From positions 1,312,001-1,376,000 of the forward strand of contig OY764216.1 in NCBI GenBank assembly GCA_963668315.1: a stretch of 64,000 bases of DNA. Direction: 5' to 3'. The notes beneath the pieces were generated by a model that did not search any database, had not been told where the DNA came from, and was given only the letters and a program-made list of their open reading frames with translations. This document shows, one piece after another, positions 1-9,559 of the stretch. Positions within the stretch are counted from its first letter, which is position 1, and every line of letters starts with the position of its first letter. Both the position numbers and the translations under genes were made by a program. This DNA is from Spirochaetia bacterium. GTDB taxonomy: Bacteria; Spirochaetota; Spirochaetia; DSM-2461.

Positions 1-52
1 TGAGGTAAGCGCAGCAAGAAAACCGATTCTTACCTGGAATCAGGAGGACTGA
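1..52 (+). CDS. gcvPB: Glycine dehydrogenase (decarboxylating) subunit 2, C-terminal fragment (partial, runs off window)
   Basis: Frame from nt 2 reads EVSAARKPILTWNQED* (TGA 50-52), matching the typical GcvPB C-terminus (DEVxAARxPxLxW); abuts the gcvT ATG at 53. Not in the ORF track. Confidence 0.7.
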   Translation, partial: EVSAARKPILTWNQED

Positions 53-1162
53 ATGGCTGATTTGAAAAAAACCCCCTTGAACGACATCCACAGAGAGCTG
101 GGTGCCCGCATGATCGATTTCGGCGGATGGGACATGCCCGTACAGTATTCGGGACTGATCGATGAACACAGGGCCGTCCGGGAAAGGGCGGGCCTTTTCG
201 ACGTGTCCCATATGGGCGAGTGCCGCATTACCGGCAGCGAAAGCGAAACGGCCGTGAACCGGCTCGTGACCAACGATATCGCGGCGATGGCCGACGGGCA
301 GATCATGTACAGCCCCATGTGCAACGAACGGGGTGGCACGGTGGACGACCTTATCGTCTACCGTCTGGACAGGGAGAATTATTTCCTGGTTATCAATGCC
401 TCCAACACGGATAAGGACGTCGCCTGGATCAAGGAGCATACGAAGGATTTCGATGTGACCGTGACCGACGAGTCCCCCCTCTGGGGACAGCTGGCCCTCC
501 AGGGACCGGAAGCCCAGGCCATCCTGTCCGATCTGGTGGATTTCAATCCCGGGGATATCGGCTTCTTTACTTTCCGGATGGTATCCGTGGCCGGGCTGGA
601 CGTGATCCTTTCCCGTTCCGGCTATACCGGCGAGGACGGATTCGAGCTTTACTGTTCCGACGGCGACACGGCGGCTCTCTGGACGAAACTGATCCAAGCC
701 GGGGAAAACCGGGGGATTCTTCCCTGCGGCCTGGGCGCCCGGGATACCCTGCGGTTTGAGGCGGCCCTTCCCCTGTACGGCAATGAGCTGGGCGATGACA
801 TTTCCCCCCTGGAAGCGGGGCTGGGAATCTTCGTCAAGCTGGAAGGGGAGGACTTTATCGGCCGGGACGCGCTTCTCAAACAGAAGACTGAAGGCCTGAG
901 GAGAAAAATCATCGGTTTTGAGATGACCGGCAAGGGGATTCCCCGTCACGGCTATCCCGTCTATGATGCCCGGGAAAACGAGATCGGCGTGGTCACCACG
1001 GGCTATGCGGCCCCTACCGTGGGAAAGACCGTCGGCCTGGCCCTTATCGATGCCGGTTCGGCCGCCCTGAAAACGGAGATCCTCATAGGCATAAGAGCCA
1101 AAAAAGCAGCGGCCGTCGTCTGCAGCAAGCGCTTTTACTCTAAGAAATATAAGAAAGACTGA
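53..1162 (+). CDS. gcvT: Glycine cleavage system aminomethyltransferase T
   Basis: KTPL..H...GA.M..FGGWDMPVQY, GLFDVSHMG, SRSGYTGEDGFE and GLGARDTLRFEA motifs; GGAGG RBS. Confidence 0.97.
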   Translation: MADLKKTPLNDIHRELGARMIDFGGWDMPVQYSGLIDEHRAVRERAGLFDVSHMGECRITGSESETAVNRLVTNDIAAMADGQIMYSPMCNERGGTVDDLIVYRLDRENYFLVINASNTDKDVAWIKEHTKDFDVTVTDESPLWGQLALQGPEAQAILSDLVDFNPGDIGFFTFRMVSVAGLDVILSRSGYTGEDGFELYCSDGDTAALWTKLIQAGENRGILPCGLGARDTLRFEAALPLYGNELGDDISPLEAGLGIFVKLEGEDFIGRDALLKQKTEGLRRKIIGFEMTGKGIPRHGYPVYDARENEIGVVTTGYAAPTVGKTVGLALIDAGSAALKTEILIGIRAKKAAAVVCSKRFYSKKYKKD

Positions 1163-1167
1163 TTCCC

Positions 1168-2088
1168 ATGAAAGACATGAACAAAAACTGCAAAATCGCC
1201 GTGGTACAGGCCGCTCCGGTGCTGTTCGATAAAACGGCTTCTACGGAGAAAGCCGTCAGGCTGATCAAGGAAAGCGCAGAACAGAAGGCCGAACTGATTG
1301 TACTGCCCGAACTGTTCATCCCCGGTTATCCCTACGGGATGTCCTTCGGATTTACCGTGGGAAGCCGCAGCGCCGAAGGCCGAAAGGATTGGATGCGTTA
1401 TTATGAGAATTCCATCCTGGTTCCGGGACCGGAAACGGACCTGCTGGCTGCCGCAGCCAAAGAGGCCCATGCCTGGGTCAGTATCGGTGTCTCTGAGAGG
1501 GACTCGGTGAGCGCCACTCTGTATAACAGCAATCTTATCTTTTCTCCCGAAGGAGAACTGGATTCGGTTCACAGAAAACTGAAGCCCACCGGCTCCGAGC
1601 GGGTAGTCTGGGGGGATGGAAACAGGGATTACTTTCCCGTCTCCGAAACTCCCTGGGGGCCGATGGGCAGCCTGATCTGCTGGGAAAGTTATATGCCTCT
1701 GGCCCGGGTGGCCCTTTATCAGAAGGGACTCACTATCTATATTTCCCCGAATACGAACGATAATGAGGAGTGGCAGGCGACGATCCGCCATATTGCCATG
1801 GAAGGGCGCTGCTTTTTCATCAACTGCGATATGTTTTTTACCCGGGATACCTATCCCGATGATCTTCACGGCAAAGATGAGATCGAAAAGCTGCCCGATG
1901 TGGTATGCCGGGGAGGCAGCTGCATTGTCGATCCCTACGGACATTATCTTACCCAGCCCGTATGGGACAGGGAAGAGATCATTTTCGCCGAGCTGGATAT
2001 GGATATGGTTCCGGCCAGCCGGATGGAGTTTGATGCCTGCGGCCATTATGCCCGACCGGATGTTCTGGAGTTAAGAGTACACGAATAG
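1168..2088 (+). CDS. Nitrilase / carbon-nitrogen hydrolase family protein
   Basis: E-K-C triad in context LPELFIPGYP, HRKLKPT, LICWESYMPL; C-terminal DACGHYARPDV typical of branch-1 nitrilases. Confidence 0.9.
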   Translation: MKDMNKNCKIAVVQAAPVLFDKTASTEKAVRLIKESAEQKAELIVLPELFIPGYPYGMSFGFTVGSRSAEGRKDWMRYYENSILVPGPETDLLAAAAKEAHAWVSIGVSERDSVSATLYNSNLIFSPEGELDSVHRKLKPTGSERVVWGDGNRDYFPVSETPWGPMGSLICWESYMPLARVALYQKGLTIYISPNTNDNEEWQATIRHIAMEGRCFFINCDMFFTRDTYPDDLHGKDEIEKLPDVVCRGGSCIVDPYGHYLTQPVWDREEIIFAELDMDMVPASRMEFDACGHYARPDVLELRVHE

Positions 2089-2094
2089 GGACGC

Positions 2095-2130
2095 TCCCCG
2101 GGGGGAGGGGAGTAGCCCTCTCCCCGGGGA
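2095..2130. terminator. GC-rich hairpin between convergent genes (probable bidirectional terminator)
   Basis: TCCCCGGGGGGAGGG pairs with CCCTCTCCCCGGGGA. Confidence 0.6.
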
Positions 2131-2133
2131 TTC

Positions 2134-4380
2134 TTAATCCGTCAGTACAGGAAGCTCAATGGTAAAAGTCGTTCCATGGCCAACCCGGCTCTGCAGGCTT
2201 ATATTGCCCTTGTGCTGCTTGACCACCCCCAGAACGGAGGGCAAGCCCAATCCGGTCCCCTGGCCGATTCCCTTGGTCGTGAAAAAGGGGTCGAATATTT
2301 TATCCCGTATCTCCTCCGGTATCCCCCCTCCCGTATCGGAGACATCTATGATCAGATAGGTCCCCGCTTTCAAGGTATTGCCGTCCGAAAGAATCCGGTC
2401 CTCCGGGAATGACGTATTCCATGTCCGGAATGACAGAGCCCCTCCCTCCGGCATCGCCTGTGCCGCATTGATTCCCAGGTTCATGAAAAGGCTCTGGAGC
2501 TGGGCCAAATCTCCCATGACGCCGTTCTCTTCGGCCTGGTAATCTTCTGCTATGACGATATTTTTATTGAGGCTGTGCTTGAGAATCTCTATGGTCTGCT
2601 GAAGAAGGAGCTGTACGTTCTGAGGGGAGAAGACCTTATTGGCCTTTCGCGAGAAGGTGAGCAGTTTCTGTGTAAGGTCCGCCGCCCTCATGGACGCTTC
2701 TTCTATGTTCTTCAGGTATAATTCGGCGTCACTGTTCTTTTCGGTCATCTTTTCAAGATACTCCAGGGAGTGCAGAATGGCGGTAAGCATGTTATTGAAA
2801 TCGTGTGCCACCCCACCGGCCAGCTGTCCTATCGCCTCCATTTTCCGGCTGTGAAGAAGCATCTCCTCCATCTGGGTCCGCTCTGTCACATCATCCATGC
2901 GGATTACGGAGTGCTCTTTCTGTTTATCCAGGGGATAGACGGTTATCTCGTAATAAGTTCTGTCTCCTGAGGCTGTCGGGATGTTCAGGACAATGTTGTC
3001 CGAAGTGACCGTTCCCGACTCCAGCCCCCTCTCTATTACCGACTGGGCGTTCTCAAAATCCTTCAGAAGCTCCATCACAGGCCGGTTCAGCGCTTTCATT
3101 TTGCTGACATTTGTATATTGAATGGCTTTGTCATTAAGGAATATGACATTCTTCTGCCTGTCCACTCCGATAATTATGGAAGGCATGGAATTAATGATGC
3201 TGTTAAGCTGTACCGTCAGGTCGCTTCTTGTCTTCTCATAGTCCAGGATGGACGAGGTCATCTTCTCTACGGCTGTTCCCACCGATTCAATTTCCGACAC
3301 GGAACGGAATTTTTTCCGGTAGAGGGTATGATAGGAGTAGAACTGATGCAGCCCCATCACCATATGGTTCATGGGCCGCGTGAGGGAACGGGTGAACCAC
3401 AGGGTGAGAATGATGAGGGACAATCCCATCATGACGGACAGGATATAACCCATCCGCAGCAGTTTGCTTACGGGGTTCATGATCTCGCTGACATAACCGG
3501 AGGCCACGACATACCAGCCGAAGGGCTCTATGATCATCGCCAGGGCGTATTTTTCTTCATCCCGCCCCGTAACGGGATCGGTCCACAGGTAATAATAGAA
3601 ATCCCCCATGTTCTTGAGCATTTCATGGGTTATGAAAGAGTTGTCAGGACCCTGAAGGTCGTAGACATTCTCCCCTTCCAGATGGGGATGTATCCGCATG
3701 ATGAAATGGGAATCCATGAGGAAAAAATATCCCCTCTCCTTGATCTTGAATGAGTTGATTATTCCCCTGAGGTCTTCCACGCTGATCAATTGATAAAGCT
3801 CTTCCTCATAGGTCGTGGCTCCCAGATTCCAATCCCACGGCTCAAAATACTCCATGTAGGCGACTTTCTTTTTAGAGCTCTTATCCTGGGGGTTCTGCCA
3901 GTCGTAGGAACCGAAACCGATTACATTGTCCCTGCGGTTTTGGTAGGCCGAAGTGGAGCTCACATCCACTCCCCGGAGGTAGGGGTGAATCTCCATGAAA
4001 ATCCCGTCCTCCCTCTCCTGCAGCGCCATGATATAGCCGCTGTCACCGATCTGCCGACTCTTCGCATATTCCTGATAGAGATCTTTTGCGTCATCAAGAG
4101 TCAGATCGCCCCGTTCCACCCGCTCGTTCAATCTATCCAGGTATTCTAGGTTCATGTCGACGATACTGCGGAGATAATTGGCGATAGCCGTTTCTATAAG
4201 GCTTTTCGTGGCGCTGTAAACCGATTCTATCTGAGTTTTCAGGTCATGCTGGGCCGATTGAATAAGGCTCCTCTGGATTATCGTCGTATTGATAAGCAGG
4301 AGAATGAGAATATATGACAAAGTATAAGTTCCATAGTAGAGGAATATTTTATTGCGAAGTTTCATCGTTCCCTGCCTCAT
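2134..4380 (-). CDS. Membrane sensor histidine kinase (two Cache-type sensor repeats, PAS, HisKA, HATPase)
   Basis: Two TM segments flanking two GY..HP..G.../W..P...K..Y Cache-like repeats; H-box GQLAGGVAHDFNNML; G-boxes DTGGG, FDPFFTTK, GTGLGL; no receiver domain. Confidence 0.9.
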   Translation of the reverse strand: MRQGTMKLRNKIFLYYGTYTLSYILILLLINTTIIQRSLIQSAQHDLKTQIESVYSATKSLIETAIANYLRSIVDMNLEYLDRLNERVERGDLTLDDAKDLYQEYAKSRQIGDSGYIMALQEREDGIFMEIHPYLRGVDVSSTSAYQNRRDNVIGFGSYDWQNPQDKSSKKKVAYMEYFEPWDWNLGATTYEEELYQLISVEDLRGIINSFKIKERGYFFLMDSHFIMRIHPHLEGENVYDLQGPDNSFITHEMLKNMGDFYYYLWTDPVTGRDEEKYALAMIIEPFGWYVVASGYVSEIMNPVSKLLRMGYILSVMMGLSLIILTLWFTRSLTRPMNHMVMGLHQFYSYHTLYRKKFRSVSEIESVGTAVEKMTSSILDYEKTRSDLTVQLNSIINSMPSIIIGVDRQKNVIFLNDKAIQYTNVSKMKALNRPVMELLKDFENAQSVIERGLESGTVTSDNIVLNIPTASGDRTYYEITVYPLDKQKEHSVIRMDDVTERTQMEEMLLHSRKMEAIGQLAGGVAHDFNNMLTAILHSLEYLEKMTEKNSDAELYLKNIEEASMRAADLTQKLLTFSRKANKVFSPQNVQLLLQQTIEILKHSLNKNIVIAEDYQAEENGVMGDLAQLQSLFMNLGINAAQAMPEGGALSFRTWNTSFPEDRILSDGNTLKAGTYLIIDVSDTGGGIPEEIRDKIFDPFFTTKGIGQGTGLGLPSVLGVVKQHKGNISLQSRVGHGTTFTIELPVLTD

Positions 4381-4646
4381 CTCCGTATATCAGGCGAGCT
4401 TTTTCCTTAATTATAGAACAAATAGACGGCTATTGCGAATGGGAGAGGTTTCCCCGCCGTAAACGGCATAAATTGTCCATCGGGAAAATTCTGACACAGT
4501 GGGGAATTCCCGGCAGAATAAAATAATGACACAGACAGGAAGGAATCTGTCAATTTACAGATCAAAATTCCGGTCCCTATAATATCCCATCGTTTCATGA
4601 AAACTTAAGGCTTTGTCAATGTCGCAAAACTAAGAGAAAAGGTGGA

Positions 4647-5597
4647 TTGTTTATTTTGGCTAAGAGAGAGGGAAGAGAGTTGCGCCCCGGCTTTACGTCG
4701 AGGTGCAAAAGTGATTTTACGAGAAACAAGGGACTGTATCTTCTGTTCATTCCCGTTCTGGTATATTACATCATATTTCAGTATTGTCCGATGTTCGGTC
4801 TGACAATCGCATTTAAAAACTATACGCCCAGCAGGGGGTTTTTAGACAGTCCCTGGGTGGGGCTCAAGCACTTTGTTGCTTTCTTCAACGATTACTATTT
4901 CGCCCGGGTATTTTTCAATACGATCAGAATCAGTGTGGCCACCCTTGTTTTCGGGTTTCCCATGCCCATCATTCTGGCCCTTCTGATTAATGAGCTCAAG
5001 ACGAAAAGATACTCCCGGATTGTCCAGACCATATCCTACATACCCCATTTTATCTCTGTTGTCGTTGTCATCGGGATCATGGTTCAGCTTACGGCGCGGG
5101 AGGGCGCGGTTACCCAGTTCCTGGCTCTCTTCGGTTTTGAGCCGGTCACCATGCTTAACGAGCCGAAGCTTTTCACGCCCCTGTATGTCTTCTCCTATAA
5201 CTGGCAGACCATAGGCTGGAACTCCATAATCTATCTGTCCGCTCTCATGGCGATTGATATGGAGATGTATGAAGCGGCCATGATTGACGGCGCCGGCAGG
5301 TTCAGGCAGATTCTCAGCATCACTCTGCCCTGTCTTCTGCCCACCATCGTGATTATGCTGATTCTTCAGATCGGCAAGATGTTCAATGTGGGATACGAGA
5401 AAATCCTGCTGATGTACAATCCGCTGACCTATGAGAAGGCCGACGTCATATCCACCTATGTCTACAGGAAGGGGTTGCTTGAGTTCAACTGGAGCTACAG
5501 CGCCGCCGTGGGAATGTTCAACTCCGTGGTGAGTTTCACCCTGGTATTTCTGTCAAATAAGATCAGCCGCCATGTCAGCGGCAACAGTTTGTGGTAG
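4647..5597 (+). CDS. Carbohydrate ABC transporter permease (LplB-like)
   Basis: SPWVGLKHF, YIPHFIS, EAA motif YEAAMIDGAGRF, ADVISTYVY; start uncertain (TTG 4647/4656/4680). Confidence 0.92.
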   Translation: MFILAKREGRELRPGFTSRCKSDFTRNKGLYLLFIPVLVYYIIFQYCPMFGLTIAFKNYTPSRGFLDSPWVGLKHFVAFFNDYYFARVFFNTIRISVATLVFGFPMPIILALLINELKTKRYSRIVQTISYIPHFISVVVVIGIMVQLTAREGAVTQFLALFGFEPVTMLNEPKLFTPLYVFSYNWQTIGWNSIIYLSALMAIDMEMYEAAMIDGAGRFRQILSITLPCLLPTIVIMLILQIGKMFNVGYEKILLMYNPLTYEKADVISTYVYRKGLLEFNWSYSAAVGMFNSVVSFTLVFLSNKISRHVSGNSLW

Positions 5598-5608
5598 GGG
5601 GAGAGACT

Positions 5609-6481
5609 ATGAGAAAGAAGAGATCCGTCGGAGAAATCATCTTCGATAATATAAATATTCTGATAACGGGGCTGCTGGCGCTGATAATACTCCTGCCCCT
5701 TTTGAATATCCTGTTTGCTTCGGTCAGCGATCCCATCATGGTGATGAAGCACCAGGGCCTTTTTCTGAGGCCCTACGGATTCGGCCTGGAGACCTATAAA
5801 TCCGTCCTCAGTAATCCGAACATCATTATCGGGTACCGGAACACCCTGTTTATTGTTCTCGTCGGAACATCCCTTAATGTGATACTGACTCTGATCGGGG
5901 CCTATGTCCTATCCAGGAAGAACGTTCTCTGGAACACCTTCTTTACCCTGATGATCGTGTTTACCATGTATTTCCAGGGGGGGACCATTCCTCTCTATCT
6001 GACCGTTAACGCCATCGGACTGAGCGATTCCATCTGGGCGCTGATCTTTCCCGTGGCCATTAACACATTCAACCTGATTGTGATGAGAACCGCCATGGCC
6101 GCCGTACCGGAGAGCCTCCCCGAATCGGCCATGATGGACGGGGCCGGCCATTTCAGGACCCTGTTTCAGATCATGGCGCCCGTGTGCCAGTCAACCGTCG
6201 CCGTTATCGTTCTTTTTTATGCGGTAACCCACTGGAACGCCTGGTTCCATGCCATGATCTTTCTGCGGCAGAGGACCCTGTTTCCCCTGCAGCTGGTACT
6301 GAGGGAGATCCTGATCCAGGATGACACGACCTTTATGTCCGCCGGTGACGACCTGGGTTTTGTCAGCGATACGATCAAATACACGACGATCGTCGTGGCG
6401 ACGCTGCCCATCCTGTGTATCTATCCGTTCCTTCAGAAATATTTTGTTACGGGCGTCATGATTGGCGCAGTCAAAGGATAG
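5609..6481 (+). CDS. Carbohydrate ABC transporter permease (LplC-like)
   Basis: ESAMMDGAG EAA motif, YAVTHWNAWF, YPFLQKYFVTGVMIGAVKG; ATG 5609 after GGGGAG. Confidence 0.92.
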   Translation: MRKKRSVGEIIFDNINILITGLLALIILLPLLNILFASVSDPIMVMKHQGLFLRPYGFGLETYKSVLSNPNIIIGYRNTLFIVLVGTSLNVILTLIGAYVLSRKNVLWNTFFTLMIVFTMYFQGGTIPLYLTVNAIGLSDSIWALIFPVAINTFNLIVMRTAMAAVPESLPESAMMDGAGHFRTLFQIMAPVCQSTVAVIVLFYAVTHWNAWFHAMIFLRQRTLFPLQLVLREILIQDDTTFMSAGDDLGFVSDTIKYTTIVVATLPILCIYPFLQKYFVTGVMIGAVKG

Positions 6482-6491
6482 GGAGAGAACT

Positions 6492-7490
6492 ATGAGAATC
6501 GCTTACGAAAAAATGAAAAACGAGTTTCTGAGAGTCCTCAGGAAATACGGCTTTAATGAGGATGACGCTCTGCTGGGCGCTGCCCTGTTCACCGACGCCA
6601 GCTGCGACGGCGTCTACACTCACGGGCTGAACCGTTTTCCCAAGTTCATCAAGAGCATCGATAACGGCAGTGTAAACGTAAAGGCGAGGGCTGTCCTCTC
6701 TGAGAAACTGGGGCCTCTGGAACGGTGGGACGGAAAGGGCGGCCCGGGGAATCTTAACGCCCATATCTGCATGAAAAGGGCGATTGAACTGGCCGGAGAA
6801 CATACTCTGGGCTGTGTGGCCCTTTCCAATACGAACCACTGGATGAGGCCCGGGGCCTACGGGCTGATGGCGGCCGAGGCGAACTGCATGGGAATCCTCT
6901 GGACCAATACGGTTCCCAATATGCCTCCCTGGGGGGGCAGCGAGGCCAAGCTGGGGAATAATCCGGTCGTCATCGCCATCCCCCACGGAGAGACTCCGAT
7001 TCTTCTGGATATCGCCATGTCCATGTTTTCCTACGGGAAACTGGAGAAATATGTCCTGGAGGGGCGTAAACTGCCCTTCTACGGGGGATTCGACCGGGAG
7101 GGGAATATGACCGATGATCCCTCGGCCATCCTGGACACCCACAGAACCCTGCCCATCGGCTATTGGAAAGGCTCCGGCCTCTCCCTCGTTCTGGACCTTC
7201 TGGCGGCGACCCTGTCGGGGGGAAGCACCAGCCGGATGGTGGGGACCTACCCCTACGAAACGAATCTTTCCCAGGTTTTCTTTGCGGTTTCCCTGGATAA
7301 GTTCGGCGATAAGGAGAGTCTGACGAGGAATATTTCCGAGACTCTTGCCGATCTTCGCCAGTCGGCCGAACCGGGAGCCCATGAAAAGGTCCATTTTCCC
7401 GGGGAGGGAATGGTCAGAACCAGAGTGGAAAACAGGAAAGAGGGGATTCCCGTGGATGAGAAAATCTGGAATCTTGTCACTTCTTTATAA
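6492..7490 (+). CDS. yiaK: 2,3-diketo-L-gulonate reductase (Ldh_2 family)
   Basis: DGVYTHGLNRFP, NTNHWMRPGAYG, MPPWG...LGNNP, SMFSYGKL, PIGYWKGSGL motifs characteristic of YiaK/DlgD. Confidence 0.85.
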   Translation: MRIAYEKMKNEFLRVLRKYGFNEDDALLGAALFTDASCDGVYTHGLNRFPKFIKSIDNGSVNVKARAVLSEKLGPLERWDGKGGPGNLNAHICMKRAIELAGEHTLGCVALSNTNHWMRPGAYGLMAAEANCMGILWTNTVPNMPPWGGSEAKLGNNPVVIAIPHGETPILLDIAMSMFSYGKLEKYVLEGRKLPFYGGFDREGNMTDDPSAILDTHRTLPIGYWKGSGLSLVLDLLAATLSGGSTSRMVGTYPYETNLSQVFFAVSLDKFGDKESLTRNISETLADLRQSAEPGAHEKVHFPGEGMVRTRVENRKEGIPVDEKIWNLVTSL

Positions 7491-7502
7491 GGCGGGGGAG
7501 TC

Positions 7503-8279
7503 ATGATAAAAACAGGATTGGTGTCGGCCACCTTTAAAAAAGAGCCGGTGACGGAGGTCCTTTCCCTGTGCGGCCAGGCCGGCCTCGGAGCTATCGAATG
7601 GAGCGAGGGGCATCATCTGGAGGCGGGTAATTTCTCCGCCGGGGATGAGCTGAGAAAAGAGACCGAAGAGGCGGGGATCAAGATTGTCGCCCTGGGTTCC
7701 TATTACCGTCTGGGAACGGAAGAGAACAGCCGGGAAGCCTTTGAGAAAAGAATCGTATCGGCAAAGGCTCTCGGTACGGATCTCATAAGAATCTGGGCGG
7801 GCACCGAACCGTCCGCCGCTGTGGACGACGGCTATTTCCACAGGATGGCGGCCGAAGCCGGGGATATCGCCGCCCGGGCGGCGGAAGAGGGGATAAGAAT
7901 AGCCTTCGAGTGGCATAAAAATACCCTGACCGATACGAACGAATCGGCCATGAGGCTGATGGAGTCACTGGAGAACCGGAAGAATGTCTACTGCCTCTGG
8001 CAACCGACGGTGGCCTTGAGTGAGGATGAGAGGGTCCGGGGTATCAAACTGCTGGGTGATCGTCTGGCCAATCTCCATGTCTATCATTGGCAGGAAGGAA
8101 TAAGGCGGCCCCTGGAAGAGGGCCGGGAGAACTGGTCGCGCTATTTTCGTGCGGTAGACGGGGAAGGCGACAGGTATGCCCTGATGGAGTTCGTCATGGA
8201 GGACAGTAAGGAACAGTTCCTTGATGACGCCCGGGTACTGAACAGTTGGATTAATCTATTAAATGACAATAAGGAGTAG
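7503..8279 (+). CDS. Xylose isomerase-like TIM barrel (sugar phosphate isomerase/epimerase family)
   Basis: GLVSATF, IEW, GSYYRLG, IRIWAG, FEWHKNTLTD, NLHVYHW, LMEFV. Confidence 0.8.
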   Translation: MIKTGLVSATFKKEPVTEVLSLCGQAGLGAIEWSEGHHLEAGNFSAGDELRKETEEAGIKIVALGSYYRLGTEENSREAFEKRIVSAKALGTDLIRIWAGTEPSAAVDDGYFHRMAAEAGDIAARAAEEGIRIAFEWHKNTLTDTNESAMRLMESLENRKNVYCLWQPTVALSEDERVRGIKLLGDRLANLHVYHWQEGIRRPLEEGRENWSRYFRAVDGEGDRYALMEFVMEDSKEQFLDDARVLNSWINLLNDNKE

Positions 8280-8284
8280 GAGAA

Positions 8285-9508
8285 TTGGCAGATCTGCATG
8301 TTGAGAAGTTTGATTTAATGAATCCCTTCGTTCTGGCTTCGAGTCCGGCGACTCAGGGAGCAAAGAATGTTCTGAAAATAGCCGAGTGCCGTCCGGGGGC
8401 TATCGTCCTCAGGAATTTCGGACACGGCATGGGGGGAGGAAGCTTTTTTTCTCCCGGCGCCGATGCTTTTTTCAAGGGGGAACAGGCATTCCACAGCCAT
8501 GCCGTGGGAACGCAGCTGCCCGATCCCATCAAAACGCTGGACCAGTACTGCGAAGAGGTGAGAACGATTAAGAAGAGCCTTGATAAGGACATCCGGCTCT
8601 GGGTTTCCGTGGGGCATTACAGCGATATCGTTAAAGGCGGAGATTGGGAAGGGGACTGGAAAAAACAGGCGAAGGAGCTGGTCAACGCCGGCGCCGATGC
8701 TCTGGAACTTCACTTCAACACGCCCGGCATCGCCGTGGCCAAGGACCGTCAGTTCAATTACTACCAGCTGGTGGAATCGTCCACCCGGATGATAAAGAGT
8801 GTCTGCGGAGGTGTTCCCGTCATGGTGAAGCTGGCCATTGAATCGTGCGATTCCCTCACTTCCATGAGAGCCGCTGCGAACGCCGGCGCCGATGCGGTGG
8901 GGCCGACGGCTAGGTGGAAAGGGTTCTACTTTGATCTTGACTGGAAACGCACCCAGGCGAGGCCCGGTTCGGGATACGGGGGAACCCAGGCAAACCCGAT
9001 CGTCTGCTACGCCGTTGCCGATGCCAGAAGCAGGGGGATCGATACCCCCATGTATGCCGGCGGCGGGGTGTTCTCCTATGATCAGGCCCTTCGCATAATC
9101 ATGGCCGGAAGTGAGATGGTTCAGCTCGGAACCGCGGCCTGCAGCGGGGGAGCCAAGGCGTGCCGCCGGATTATCAAGGACTTCTCCTCCTGGATGGATA
9201 AAAAGGGATATGCCGATATGAAGAGCCTGACCGGCGCGGCCCTCGAGCTCTTTAATATGGATGGGGAAACATCCAGAAAAAGGACGAACATGCTGGGCGA
9301 GGCCTATCGTTCGGCCGCCGTATCGGAAGAGTCCTGTACCGGATGCGGGAAGTGCGTGGATGTCTGCTGGCATGAGGGCATCGAGATACGGGGGAAGAAA
9401 GCGGTCAAGCTGGATACCTGTATCGGCTGCGGTTACTGCTTTCAGGTCTGCCCCGTTTCGGCTCTTTCCGTGGATGCGGGAAGTATTCTGGAAGAGGCTT
9501 TGCGCTAG
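8285..9508 (+). CDS. Dihydroorotate/dihydropyrimidine dehydrogenase (PreA)-like FMN TIM barrel with C-terminal 2x[4Fe-4S] domain; substrate probably not a pyrimidine
   Basis: NPFVLASSP, PVMVKL, GGGVFS...IMAGSEMVQLGTA fold motifs; CTGCGKCVDVC and CIGCGYCFQVCP ferredoxin motifs; TTG start after AGGAG. Confidence 0.8.
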   Translation: MADLHVEKFDLMNPFVLASSPATQGAKNVLKIAECRPGAIVLRNFGHGMGGGSFFSPGADAFFKGEQAFHSHAVGTQLPDPIKTLDQYCEEVRTIKKSLDKDIRLWVSVGHYSDIVKGGDWEGDWKKQAKELVNAGADALELHFNTPGIAVAKDRQFNYYQLVESSTRMIKSVCGGVPVMVKLAIESCDSLTSMRAAANAGADAVGPTARWKGFYFDLDWKRTQARPGSGYGGTQANPIVCYAVADARSRGIDTPMYAGGGVFSYDQALRIIMAGSEMVQLGTAACSGGAKACRRIIKDFSSWMDKKGYADMKSLTGAALELFNMDGETSRKRTNMLGEAYRSAAVSEESCTGCGKCVDVCWHEGIEIRGKKAVKLDTCIGCGYCFQVCPVSALSVDAGSILEEALR

Positions 9509-9559
9509 TCATTAACCAGCATGTATAATGCATGCTGGAAACAATAATAGGAGTTTGCA

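Noticed and set aside
1..52. Glycine riboswitch upstream of gcvT
   Set aside because: The segment reads as the GcvPB C-terminal coding sequence and lacks the riboswitch consensus.
8285..9508. Calling this gene preA or pyrD
   Set aside because: The catalytic Cys and pyrimidine-binding Asn motifs are absent and there is no partner subunit nearby.
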